Shown: in pieces, positions 25,341 through 34,825 of the stretch | How the letters are laid out: each line of letters opens with the position of its first letter | How positions within the stretch are numbered: the stretch's first letter is position 1 | NCBI GenBank assembly: GCA_963703565.1 | Contig: CAVPEW010000018.1 | Coordinates: forward strand, 610 to 64,609 | DNA length: 64,000 bases | Direction of reading: 5' to 3' | Origin: an uncultured Microthrixaceae bacterium | GTDB lineage: Bacteria > Actinomycetota > Acidimicrobiia > Acidimicrobiales > VFJN01 | The notes under the pieces: generated by a model | What the model saw: only the letters and a program-made list of their open reading frames with translations | What the model was told of the DNA's origin: nothing | Database searches by the model: none | Made by a program: the position numbers and the translations under genes

Positions 25341-26327
25341 ATGCGCCCCGTCATCGTCGACGCCATGGGCGGCGACAAGGCGCCGGCCGAGATAGTTGCC
25401 GGGGCCCGGCGAGCTGCGGGCGAGCTCGGCATCCCCGTTCGTCTGGTCGGTCGGCCCGAGGATCTCGAGGGCCTGGCCGGTGACCTGCCGATCCTGGCGG
25501 CATCGCAGGTGATCGCCATGGACGCCGAGGCTGGCTCGAGCGTCAGGCGCATGAAGGACTCCTCCCTCGTGCGGGCCGCCGAGGCCGTGCGCGACGGGAC
25601 CGGCTCGGCGATGGTCTCGGCCGGCAACACCGGGGCGACGATGGCGTCGGCCCTCCTGCGCATGGGTCGCCTCAAAGGTGTGGCCCGGCCCGCCATCGCC
25701 ACGCCCATTCCCGTGCCCGGCTCGACGCCCACCGTGCTGCTCGATGCCGGCGCGAACGCCGAGTGCCAGCCCGAGTGGTTGGTGCAGTTCGCCCAGATGG
25801 GCGCCGCCTTCGCCCGGGAGCGGTACGGCATCGCCCGACCCCGGGTGGGGCTCCTCTCGATTGGCGAGGAGGCCGCTAAGGGCAACTCCCTGGTCAAGGC
25901 GACCTATCCGCTGATGGACGACCCGAGGGCGCTGCGCGCCGCGGGGGCGACGTTCGTGGGCAACGTGGAGGGCCGTGACGTGATGACCGACGCCGCCGAT
26001 GTCGTGGTCACCGACGGCTTCACCGGCAACGTCGTGCTCAAGACGCTCGAGGGCGGGATGCGCACCCTGATGGGAGCGGTGCTGGGGGCCTTCGACGCCG
26101 ACGACTCCACCCGCCGTGCTGCCGAGGTGCTCGGGCCGGCACTCGCCCCGCTCTACGCGACCCTCGACCCCGAGTCGACCGGTGGGGCCCTGCTGCTGGG
26201 CGTGGAGGGGCTGTGCCTGATCTCGCACGGCTCGTCGAGCGCCACTGCGATGTTCAACGCGGTGCGCGTGGCCAGTGAGCTCGTCGAAGCCGATCTGCTC
26301 GGAGCGCTCCGGGCCGCCGTCGCCTGA
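25341..26327 (+). CDS. plsX: Phosphate acyltransferase PlsX
   Basis: 328 aa: VDAMGGDKAP..., SAGNTGA..., GFTGNVVLK. Confidence 0.9.
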   Translation: MRPVIVDAMGGDKAPAEIVAGARRAAGELGIPVRLVGRPEDLEGLAGDLPILAASQVIAMDAEAGSSVRRMKDSSLVRAAEAVRDGTGSAMVSAGNTGATMASALLRMGRLKGVARPAIATPIPVPGSTPTVLLDAGANAECQPEWLVQFAQMGAAFARERYGIARPRVGLLSIGEEAAKGNSLVKATYPLMDDPRALRAAGATFVGNVEGRDVMTDAADVVVTDGFTGNVVLKTLEGGMRTLMGAVLGAFDADDSTRRAAEVLGPALAPLYATLDPESTGGALLLGVEGLCLISHGSSSATAMFNAVRVASELVEADLLGALRAAVA

Positions 26328-26461
26328 GCCCGTAGCCCGGTCCCGTTCGGATTCGATCACAAGCGCACGAATGACCGGGTCGGTATGCTCCCGGCCCGCC
26401 TCATCAAACCGAGCGTGCAGGAGAGCCCGTGCCCGCCGAGACCCACGTCGAGCGAGGACCC

Positions 26462-26716
26462 ATGGACCGCCAGCAGGTGTTCGAGCTGATCCGCGACCGC
26501 CTGGCCGACATCCTCGAGATCGACCCGGCCAGCATCGCAGAGGGGGCTAGCTTCTCCGACGATCTCGAGGCGGACTCGTTGGCCTTGATCGAGCTGGTCG
26601 AGGCGATCGAGGAGGAGGTGGGCGAGCGGTCGGTGGGCTTCCGCATCGAGGACGAGGACCTCGAGGACCTCAAGACCGTCCGCGATGCCGTCGACTACGT
26701 CGTCTCGCGGCTCTGA
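26462..26716 (+). CDS. acpP: Acyl carrier protein
   Basis: MDRQQVFELIRDRLADIL...DLEADSLALIELV (the DSL phosphopantetheine site). GAGGA lies upstream of ATG 26462. Confidence 0.88.
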   Translation: MDRQQVFELIRDRLADILEIDPASIAEGASFSDDLEADSLALIELVEAIEEEVGERSVGFRIEDEDLEDLKTVRDAVDYVVSRL

Positions 26717-27474
26717 GGCCGGACCGGTTCCGCCGGGGGCCGATCTGGACGCGCTGGCGGCTCGCCTCGGCCTCGAGAACCTGCCGACCGAGCTGCTGGG
26801 CGCAGCTCTGGTCCACCGTTCTTGGTGCGCGGAGCATGCCGGTTACAGCTCCAACGAGCGCCTGGAGTTCCTCGGCGACGCCGTCCTCGGCCTCGCCGTC
26901 ACCGACCGCATCTATCGGGACCACCCCGGACTCGACGAAGGGGTGCTGACCGATCTGCGCAAGTCAGCGGTCAACGCCGTGACCCTTGCCGAGGTGGCGG
27001 CGCGCCTCGAGCTGGGCGGGCACCTGGTTCTCGGCAAGGGCGAGGAGCTTCTCCGGTGGGCGCGGCAAGCCGAGCATCCTGGCCGACGCGGTCGAGGCGA
27101 TCATCGGTGCCACCTACCTCCACTCTGGCTTCGATGCCGCCTGCTCCCTGGTCGACCGCCTCCTGGGGCCCACCCTCGCGCTGGGCACCGACGGCCATGT
27201 CGACCACAAGAGCAGGCTCCAGGAGCTCGTCGCCCGCCGCTTCGCCAGCGCCCCCCACTACGAGGTCGACGCCTCGGGTCCCGACCACGCGCGCCAGTTT
27301 GAGGTGACCGTCAGCGTGCACGGTGTCGCGTACGGCAAGGGCACTGGGCGCTCGAAGAAGCAGGCCGAGCAGGCGGCCGCCCGCGAGGCCGTCGCCGCCC
27401 TGTCCGTCGCCGCACCCGCCGACGCGGCGCCGCCTGCATCACCCGAACCCCCCGGAGGACCCGTCCATGGTTGA
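26685..27474 (+). pseudogene. rnc: Ribonuclease III; reading frame interrupted by one extra base near 27049-27051 (probably an assembly indel)
   Basis: ORF 26685.. carries NERLEFLGDAVLG...LGKGEEL. ORF ..27474 carries SGGRGKPSILADAVEAIIGATYL plus a dsRBD (GPDHARQFEV...GTGRSKKQAEQAAA). Deleting one base of cttctcc restores GEELSGGR. Confidence 0.85.
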
Positions 27475-28303
27475 GCTCCCCGAGCTCGAGACCTTGCGCC
27501 GCGAGCTCGAGAAGGAGACCGTGGGCAAGCGGCTCCGCGCCCCGGAGGTCGCGGCGGCGTCCGTGCTGGAACGCCCGGACTCGGCGACCGAGCTGGCCGC
27601 CGCCGTCGAGGGTGCCAAGGTCAAGGGCGTGGACCGCCGTGGCGGATCCCTCGTGATGGTCCTCGACAACGCCGCTGTCCTGGCGTTCACCTTGGGTGAC
27701 GAGGCCCGCCTTTTCAAGGTCACCCCCAAAGAAGCTGCTGTGCCGGGGACGGCTCTGACGCTCGCTTTCACCCAGGGAGGCTCTATCCGACTGGTCGATC
27801 CCGGCGGGCAGACCCGGGTGGTCGCCGTGCCTGCGGCCGAGCTGGGCGTGGCGGTCCCCACGACTGCCGCACCCGGGCTCGACCCCGTGGCCGACGCGGT
27901 GTCCTGGACGGCGTTCGCCCGGGTCATCCTGGGGCGTCCGGCCAAGCTCAAGGCGTCTCTGCTCGACCCCGAGGTGGTGTCGGGGATCGGTGCGGTCTAC
28001 AGCGACGAGATCCTCTGGGAGGCGGGCCTGCGCTTCGACCGGATGTCCGACGAGCTGTCCTCCCAGGAGATCCGCCGCCTGTACCGCGCTCTGGTCGAGA
28101 CCCTCCATGAAGCCATCAAGCACCGCGGGACCAGCCTCGGCGACGACGGCTTCGTGGATCTGTACGGCAAGCCCGGCGCCTACCAGGACGCTCTGCGGGT
28201 GTACGGGCGCGACGGGCAGCCCTGCCCGCGCTGCCGGGCGGCAGTGGCCAAGGGTCGCTTCGCCAACCGGCCTGTCTTCCACTGCCCTTCCTGCCAGGTC
28301 TGA
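27467..28303 (+). CDS. mutM: Fpg/Nei-family DNA glycosylase homologue, divergent (Val instead of Pro at position 2)
   Basis: MVELPELETLRREL..., an H2TH region (SGIGAVYSDEILWEAGL) and a C-terminal zinc finger CPRC-x16-CPSC. GGAGGA lies upstream, and the ATG overlaps the rnc stop. Confidence 0.75.
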   Translation: MVELPELETLRRELEKETVGKRLRAPEVAAASVLERPDSATELAAAVEGAKVKGVDRRGGSLVMVLDNAAVLAFTLGDEARLFKVTPKEAAVPGTALTLAFTQGGSIRLVDPGGQTRVVAVPAAELGVAVPTTAAPGLDPVADAVSWTAFARVILGRPAKLKASLLDPEVVSGIGAVYSDEILWEAGLRFDRMSDELSSQEIRRLYRALVETLHEAIKHRGTSLGDDGFVDLYGKPGAYQDALRVYGRDGQPCPRCRAAVAKGRFANRPVFHCPSCQV

Positions 28304-28365
28304 CCACGCCGGCGACCCCAGCCCGTCGCTCGCCGGGCATGCCCGAACGCCGCGGGCACAGCTCC

Positions 28366-28371
28366 TAGCCT
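28366..28371 (+). promoter_or_regulatory. -10-like box TAGCCT, 10 nt upstream of the smc ATG (candidate leaderless start)
   Basis: TAGCCT-tcgccgcggg-ATG(28382). No SD is present. Confidence 0.35.
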
Positions 28372-28381
28372 TCGCCGCGGG

Positions 28382-31300
28382 ATGTTCCTCAAGTCGCTGA
28401 CCCTGAAGGGCTTCAAGTCGTTCGCCGAGACAACGGTGCTCGACCTCGAACCGGGCGTGACCGTGGTCGTGGGACCGAACGGGTCGGGCAAGTCCAACGT
28501 GGTGGACGCGATCGGGTGGGTGCTCGGTGCCCAGGCGCCTTCGAGCGTGCGCAGCCAGAAGATGGACGACGTCATCTTCGCCGGTACGGCCAAACGGGCC
28601 GCGCTCGGCCGGGCCGAGGTGAGCCTCACGATCGACAACAGCGCCGGCTTGCTGCCGATCGAGTTCTCCGAGGTGACCGTGACCCGCACGCTGTTTCGCA
28701 GGGGCGACAGCGAGTACGCGATCAACGGTTCTCCGTGCCGGCTCCTCGACGTGCAGGAGCTCCTGTCGGACTCCGGGGTGGGCCGCCAGCAGCACGTGAT
28801 CGTAGGCCAGGGCCAGATCGACGCCGTGCTCAACGCCCGCCCCGAGGACAGGCGGCTGATCATCGAGGAGGCGGCAGGGGTCCTCAAGTACCGCAAGCGC
28901 AAGGAGAAGGCGGAGCGACGCATGGCTGCCACCGAGGCGAACCTGCATCGGCTGGCCGATCTGCTGCGCGAGGTCCGCAGCCAGCTGCGCCCCCTGGAGC
29001 GCCAGGCGGAGGCGGCGCGGCGCCACGGCGACGTGGCCGCGGAACTGCGTGGCCTGCGGTTGTTCCTGGTGGGTCGGGAGCTGACGACCCTCGATCGGCG
29101 TCGGGCCGACGCCGCCGCAGCCCGCGGCGAGGCGGATGCCGAGGCCACGATCGCCCGACGCCGGCTCGTCGAGCTCGACGCCGCCGTGATCGACGCCGAG
29201 TCCCGGCTGGGCCGAAGTGAGGTCGATGATCTCGCCGCGTTGGCCGCCCGGCTCGACGCCCTGCGCGAACGGGCCCGGGGTCAGGGAGCGCTCCTGGCCG
29301 AGCGCAGCAGGGGCGTCGCGCGCGAGCAGGCGGCCGCGATCGACGCGACCGTGGTCGCCACCCTCGAGGCCGAAGCCGCCAGGCTGGCCGACGAGCTCGT
29401 CGAGTTGAGCGCGGCCGAGGTGGATCTCGCCCCGGCAGCCGAGGAGCTCGACCGGGCCCAGCAGGCGCTGGAGGACGCCCGCCGAAGCGCGCTCGACGCA
29501 CCTGGCACGGCGCCCGAGCCGGAGTCGGACGGAGTCGACGCAGTCGCACGTGCGGCCGAGATCCGGGGCGAGCTGGCGGCGCGACGCGGCACCGTCGAGC
29601 GGGCAGCGGCGGACGAGCGCCGCAGCGTCGATGTGGCGGAGCGCCTCTCCGGCGAGCTGGACGCAGCGAGGACCTATCTCGAACGTCTCGAAGTCGAGGC
29701 TTCTCCGGGCTGGAGGGCCGCGCAGTCGAGGCAGCCGCCGAGGCGACGGCCGCCGAGGCCGATCTGCGCGCCGCGACCGCCGACTCGGGCGCCGCGCAGG
29801 CCGCACACGGTTCGGCCCAGGCATCCCGGGCGGCGGCGACGGCGCGGGCCGAGACCCTCGCCCAGGCTCTCGACGACGTCCACCGCCGTGCCGGCACGCA
29901 GCGCCTGGCCGGGCTGGCGGGCGTCGTGGGCACCTTGCTCGATCTGGTGGTGATCGACGTGGGGTGGGAGGCGGCGGTCGAGGCGGCGGTCGGTGAGGCG
30001 CTCGATGCAGTAGTGGTCGACTCGACCGGGACCGCCCTGGAGGCGCTGGCGATGCTCGCCGGTGGTGCCGCGGGCACCGACCGGGCCTCCGCCGTCGCCG
30101 GGGTCGTACTGGCGCTCGGAGGCCCGCACCCGCCCCATGCGCCGGCAGCGGCGGGCACACCGGTGCGCCACCATGTCCGCAGCGACGACGCCGCTGTAGA
30201 CCGCCTGCTCGACGCGCTGGTCGGCGGCGCGACCTGCGTCGGGGGTGCGTGGCGAGCGGCCCTCGAGGCAGCCGTCGGGTCGCCCGGATCGGTCGTGGTG
30301 ACACGTGAGGGGGACCGCTTCTCGACCCATGGCTGGAGAGTCGGAGGGCGCGCCAGAGGGGTGACGGCGGCCGCGCTCGACGATGCCCGCCGTCAGCAGC
30401 GAGAGGCGGTGGCAGGCGCGTCGGAGGCGGCCGAGGTGATGAGTGCCGCCGAGGCTCGCATGCAGCAGGCGTCGGCGCGCCAGCTCGAGGTGGCCATCTT
30501 GCTCGACGAGCTCGGGCGCCGGCTGTCGGCCGGAGGTATCGAGCGCGAGCGGGCGGCGCGCTGGATCGCCGACACGACCGGCGCTCTGGCCGACGCCCGC
30601 GAACGCCTTGCCACTGCTGCGGCCGAGCGAGAGCGCGAAGCAGCCCGGGTCCGCGAGCTCGAGGAGCTGGTGCCGGTCCTGGAGGCCAGGGAGGCGGCCG
30701 AGGCCCGCCGTGGGGCCGAGCGAGCCGCGGCCGAGCGTCGGATCCAGGAACAGGCGGCGGAGGTGGGTGCCATGCGAGCTGACCTCGAGCGGCGCGCCGC
30801 CGCCATCGAGGGGCGGCGCCAATTCCTGACCGAGCGCCAGCGCGCGATCGAGGCCCGCCTGGCCGATCTCGCCGACCAGCGCGTCGGCGCCGCGGCTAGG
30901 CGGGCTCGCCTCGAACGTGCCGCGGCTGCGCTCGCGTCGTTGTCCGAGGTGGTTCAGCGCTGCGACGACGAGCTCCGGTCCACCGCTGCGGAGCTCGCAG
31001 GCGCCCGCCGGGCCCGGGCCGAGGCCGACCGCGCCGTTCGCTCGGCGCTCGACTCCCACCGGGCCGAGCGCGTCGCGACCGAGCGCCGGCTCGAGGAGAT
31101 CCGTGATCGTGCCACCCGCGCCGAGCTGGAGCGCTCCGAGGCAGACCTCCGTCGCGAGGCGACCGTGGCTGCGTTGCGGGCGGAGCTCGACGCCGAACCT
31201 GAAGCCGCGGTGGGGGCCACAGCGCCCGAGCTGCCCGTCGGGGTCACCCCGGCGGCCCGGGCGCGCGAGCTCGAGCGGGAGCTGCGGTTGATGGGGCCGA

Positions 31301-31893
31301 TCAACCCCCTGGCGCTCGAGGAGTTCACCGCCCTCTCGGAGCGCCACGAGTTCCTCGAGGCCCAACTCGACGACGTGCGCGGGGCACGGCGCGAGCTGTC
31401 CAAGGTGATCCGGGCGGTGGACGCCGAGATCATGGCCGTGTTCTCGGCCGCGTTCGCCGACGTCGCCGCCAACTTCTCAGCGCTGTTCGAGACGTTGTTC
31501 CCCGGCGGCCAGGGTTCGTTGCGCCTCACTGATCCCGACGACCTGCTCGCCACCGGCATCGAGGTCGAGGCCCGACCCTCGGGCAAGAACGTCCGCAAGC
31601 TCTCGCTGCTGTCGGGCGGGGAGCGCTCGCTGACGGCGATGGCGTTCCTGTTCGCGGTGTTCCGCAGCCGTCCCTCGCCCTTCTACGTGATGGACGAGGT
31701 GGAGGCGGCCCTGGACGACGTGAACCTGCACCGCTTCTTGGACCTGGTCGCCGAGTTCCGACGCGAGGCGCAGTTGATCATCGTGAGCCACCAGAAGCGC
31801 ACGATGGAGGCGGCCGACGTCCTCTACGGCGTGACCATGGCACCGGGCGGTTCCAGTCGTGTGGTGAGCGAGAGGGTGGTCAGCGTCGCCTGA
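28382..31893 (+). pseudogene. smc: Chromosome segregation protein SMC; frame interrupted (-1, one base missing) near 29696-29702 (probably an assembly indel)
   Basis: N-terminal ORF 28382..: GPNGSGKSNVVDAIGWVLG plus coiled coil up to ...[12 protein letters not shown]. It continues in the frame of ORF 29926..31893: [15 protein letters not shown]...[22 protein letters not shown] (hinge)...[13 protein letters not shown]...[11 protein letters not shown]. Confidence 0.88.
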
Positions 31894-32127
31894 TTCGCTG
31901 TGAGGCATCGGTTGTCCTGCCCTGGCAACGGCCGCCCCTTCCCAGCGATCGATGACGACCGCCCGCGTCGTTGCACCGGTACCTCGGGGCTGGCCCTGGA
32001 GCCTCTGCCTCGACATGGCGTCGCCCGCTCGTCCGCGCGCCGTGTGACCCTCGATGCCGCGCGCCCGGGCGGAGGGGAGGCGGTCGAGTGCGGCGAGCAC
32101 GTCGTCCATGCCGATGGCGAGGACCAC

Positions 32128-32350
32128 CTAGGGCGTGGCGGCGCGGCGGACGCCGATGTTCCGGCCCGGCGCGCCGATGTTGCGTCCGAGGGGTGACCAC
32201 GTCGACCCCGGGATGCGACGCCCCGCGGCGCCGGTCCCGTCCACCGAGCCGTTGTCGACGACGATCGGGGGCGGCGACGGGAGGGAACCGAGGTGGTCGA
32301 GCGTGCGCAAGAGACCGCCTGCCCTCGTGCTCCGTTGCTCCTCCCACCAT
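32128..32350 (-). pseudogene. Decayed remnant of a family-2 glycosyltransferase (N-terminal part only)
   Basis: Minus-strand frames give MVGGATEHEGRRSL / LRTLDHLGSLPSPPPIVVDNGSVDGT / HPGVDVVTP / LGRNIGAPGRNIGVRRAATP-TAG-VVLAIGMDDV. The GT2 N-terminal signature is spread over two frames and ends in an in-frame TAG. There is no room for the rest of the enzyme before smc. Confidence 0.4.
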
Positions 32351-32458
32351 GGCGTCTCTGCCAGTGGCGGCTCCGGGCACTTGGATGGCTGGGAAGCTCG
32401 GACCGACCCAGCACCTCGTCGACCCTGCACACGAGCCTGCCGGGCGCGCCGGGGCCGC

Positions 32459-33487
32459 TCAGACCGAGCTGGGCGCGTGCGCTGCGGTGGGGTCCTGCGC
32501 GGGAACGACCCTCGGGGCGGGGACGGTGGAGAGAACCCTGGCCAGGAGGTGGTCGGCCTCGAGGCCCTGGGCCAGCGCCTCGTAGGACAGAGCCAGGCGG
32601 TGGCGCAGCACGTCCGGTGCCACGTCGAAGACGTCTTGGGGCAGCACATAGCCCCGGCCCCGCAACAGCGCGAGGGCGCGGCCGCCAGAGACCAGGCCGA
32701 GGCTGGCTCTCGGCGACGCGCCATAGGCGATGAGGCCTTCGAGGTCGCCCAGGGCATAGCGTCGGGGCTCGCGGGTGGCGCTGACGAGGCTCACCGCATA
32801 GTCGATCACGGCGGCATCCACATAGACGTCGTCGGCGGCCCCCTGTAGCGCGATCAAGCGGTCCAGGCCGAGCACCTCGGTCGCGCAGGGCGGGTGCACC
32901 CCCATGCGGCGAACGATCTCGGCCTCCTCGGCGATCGTCGGGTAGCCGACGACCACCTTCATCAGGAACCGGTCGCGCTGGGCGTCGGGCAGCGGGTACA
33001 CGCCCTCGGACTCGATCGGGTTCTGAGTGGCCAGGACGAGGAAGGGTTGGGGCACCTCGAAGGTGGTGCCACCGATGGAGACCTGGTGCTCCGCCATCAC
33101 CTCGAGCAGCGCCGACTGCACCTTCGCCGGCGCCCGGTTGATCTCGTCGGCGAGCAGGAAGTTCACGAAGACCGGGCCGAGCTCGACGTCGAAGCTCTCC
33201 GTCGAGGCGCGGTATATCCGGGTGCCGGTGATGTCGGCGGGCAGGAGGTCGGGCGTGAACTGGATGCGGGCGAAGCTTCCACCGACCACCCGGGAGAGGG
33301 TCTCCGCTGCGAGGGTCTTGGCCAGGCCCGGGACGCCTTCGAGCAGGCAGTGGCCGCGCGCCAGCAGGCAGACCAGCAGCCGCTCGACGAGCCGGTCCTG
33401 GCCCACGATGACCTTGCGCGTCTCGAGGATGACCCGCTCGAGCTCGACGGCGGCTGCTGCCACAGGATCCTCGCTCGGGGGGGCCAT
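32459..33487 (-). CDS. MoxR-family AAA+ ATPase
   Basis: 342 aa: LLEGVPGLAKT (Walker A), FLLADEINRAPAKVQSALLEVM (Walker B / sensor) and ATQNPIESEGVYPLPDAQRDRF. Confidence 0.9.
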   Translation of the reverse strand: MAPPSEDPVAAAAVELERVILETRKVIVGQDRLVERLLVCLLARGHCLLEGVPGLAKTLAAETLSRVVGGSFARIQFTPDLLPADITGTRIYRASTESFDVELGPVFVNFLLADEINRAPAKVQSALLEVMAEHQVSIGGTTFEVPQPFLVLATQNPIESEGVYPLPDAQRDRFLMKVVVGYPTIAEEAEIVRRMGVHPPCATEVLGLDRLIALQGAADDVYVDAAVIDYAVSLVSATREPRRYALGDLEGLIAYGASPRASLGLVSGGRALALLRGRGYVLPQDVFDVAPDVLRHRLALSYEALAQGLEADHLLARVLSTVPAPRVVPAQDPTAAHAPSSV

Positions 33488-33496
33488 CGCGGCGCC

Positions 33497-33502
33497 AGGC
33501 TA
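33497..33502 (-). promoter_or_regulatory. -10-like box TAGCCT, 9 nt upstream of the moxR ATG (candidate leaderless start)
   Basis: Minus strand reads TAGCCT-ggcgccgcg-ATG(33487). Confidence 0.4.
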
Positions 33503-33538
33503 GGCGCCGGCCGGTCGGAGGCCACGCCGGTTGCCCGT

Positions 33539-33544
33539 TACGCT
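33539..33544 (+). promoter_or_regulatory. -10-like box TACGCT, 11 nt upstream of the ftsY ATG
   Basis: TACGCT-gcccgaccgtc-ATG(33556). The spacing is at the long end for a leaderless start. Confidence 0.3.
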
Positions 33545-33555
33545 GCCCGACCGTC

Positions 33556-34752
33556 ATGGAAGTGCTCATCGTGGTCCTCGTGGTCCTCGTGGTCCTCGTG
33601 GTCGTGGCGGTGGCCGGCGGTGCCGGCTTGGCGCTCGTCGCCTCTCGCCGGCGCGGGCTCGACCTCGAGCCGCCCACGCGCCGCACCCCACCCGATCCCC
33701 CCCGGTCCGCTGTGCCCCACAGCGGCCCCGGCGTCGAAGCCGTCCCCGATGACCTCGTCGAGGAGATCGACCGGGCTCTCGCCGACGTCGGCATCGAGGC
33801 TCCGGCGCCGCCGACGGAGGAACCCGCCCCCGAGCCGCCGGCCACCGAGCAGCCGACGCTGCGCGCCCGGTTGGCCAAGGCGCGGGGCGCGCTGGCCGGC
33901 TACGTGGGATCCATCCGCTCGCGCGCGTCGATCGACACGGAGACCTGGGACGAGCTCGAAGAGGCACTGATCCGCGCCGATGTCGGTGTCACCACCACCA
34001 CCACCATCCTCGAAAGGCTGAGGGCCACGGCATCCGCCGAGGGCATCACCGACCCCGACGTGCTGCTCGACGCGCTCAAGGAGCAGCTCAAGGCCGACCT
34101 CGCCCCAGGTGACCGCGCCCTGCACGTCGACCCCGGCGGAGCACCCGACGTGTGGTTGTTCGTGGGGGTGAACGGGGTGGGCAAGACCACCACGATAGGC
34201 AAGGTGGCCCGCCAGCAGATCGACGCCGGCCTGCGTGTGGTCATGGCCGCCGGCGACACGTTCCGGGCGGCCGCTGCAGAGCAGCTGGGGACCTGGGCGG
34301 AGCGCACGGGCGCCGAGCTGGTGCGCGGAGCCGAGGGCGGCGACCCTTCGTCGATCATCTTCGACGCCGTGCAGCGGGCCGCGGCACGGTCCCGCGACCT
34401 CGTGCTCGCCGACACGGCAGGGCGCCTGCACACCAAGGTCAACCTGATGGAGGAGCTGCGCAAGGTCCGCCGGGTGGCCGATCGCGGTCCCGGGCGGGTG
34501 CGCGAGGTGCTCCTGGTGCTCGACGCCACCACCGGGCAGAACGGCTTGGTGCAGGCCCGCCAGTTCACCGAAGCGGTCGATCTGACGGGGGTGGTCCTCA
34601 CCAAGCTCGACGGGTCCGCGAAAGGTGGGATCGTGCTGGCGATCCAAGCCGAGCTGGGCATCCCCATCAAGCTCGTAGGCCTGGGCGAGGGTGTCGAAGA
34701 CCTCGTGCCCTTCGAACCCGAGGAATTCGTCGAGGCCCTCTTCGAGGCCTGA
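33556..34752 (+). CDS. ftsY: Signal recognition particle receptor FtsY (with N-terminal TM helix)
   Basis: 398 aa. An N-terminal hydrophobic helix, an acidic/proline linker, then the NG domain GVNGVGKTTTIGK, DTAGR and TKLDGSAKGG. Confidence 0.92.
   Translation: MEVLIVVLVVLVVLVVVAVAGGAGLALVASRRRGLDLEPPTRRTPPDPPRSAVPHSGPGVEAVPDDLVEEIDRALADVGIEAPAPPTEEPAPEPPATEQPTLRARLAKARGALAGYVGSIRSRASIDTETWDELEEALIRADVGVTTTTTILERLRATASAEGITDPDVLLDALKEQLKADLAPGDRALHVDPGGAPDVWLFVGVNGVGKTTTIGKVARQQIDAGLRVVMAAGDTFRAAAAEQLGTWAERTGAELVRGAEGGDPSSIIFDAVQRAAARSRDLVLADTAGRLHTKVNLMEELRKVRRVADRGPGRVREVLLVLDATTGQNGLVQARQFTEAVDLTGVVLTKLDGSAKGGIVLAIQAELGIPIKLVGLGEGVEDLVPFEPEEFVEALFEA
33571..33603 (+). repeat. 9-bp tandem repeat gtggtcctc x3.7 (encodes VVL repeats in the FtsY TM helix)
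   Basis: Read directly: gtggtcctc gtggtcctc gtggtcctc gtggtc. Confidence 0.85.
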
Positions 34753-34825
34753 TCCGCCCCGGTTAGCGTCGGCCCGCCTGGAGCTAGCCTGGTGGCGCCG
34801 CGCACCGAAGGACCGGAGAACCCCC

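Noticed and set aside
27311-30304. 997-aa minus-strand ORF, with similar giants at 58044..61121 (1025 aa), 45516..47855 (779 aa), 31824..33878 (684 aa) and 34906..36729 (607 aa)
   Set aside because: They are Arg/Pro/Gly-rich shadow frames antisense to, or out of frame with, clearly identified genes (fpg/smc, infB, rpsB, moxR, ffh). Such stop-poor frames are expected at this GC content. No family motifs are present, and the GC3 pattern favours the annotated frames.
31905-33548. Short similar strings at both borders of the moxR insert (cggttgtcctgccc at ~31909 and cggttgcccgttacgctgccc at ~33527) as possible target-site duplications
   Set aside because: Only two 6-nt blocks match. This is easily chance in 64 kb of GC-rich DNA, and no recombinase or inverted repeats accompany them.
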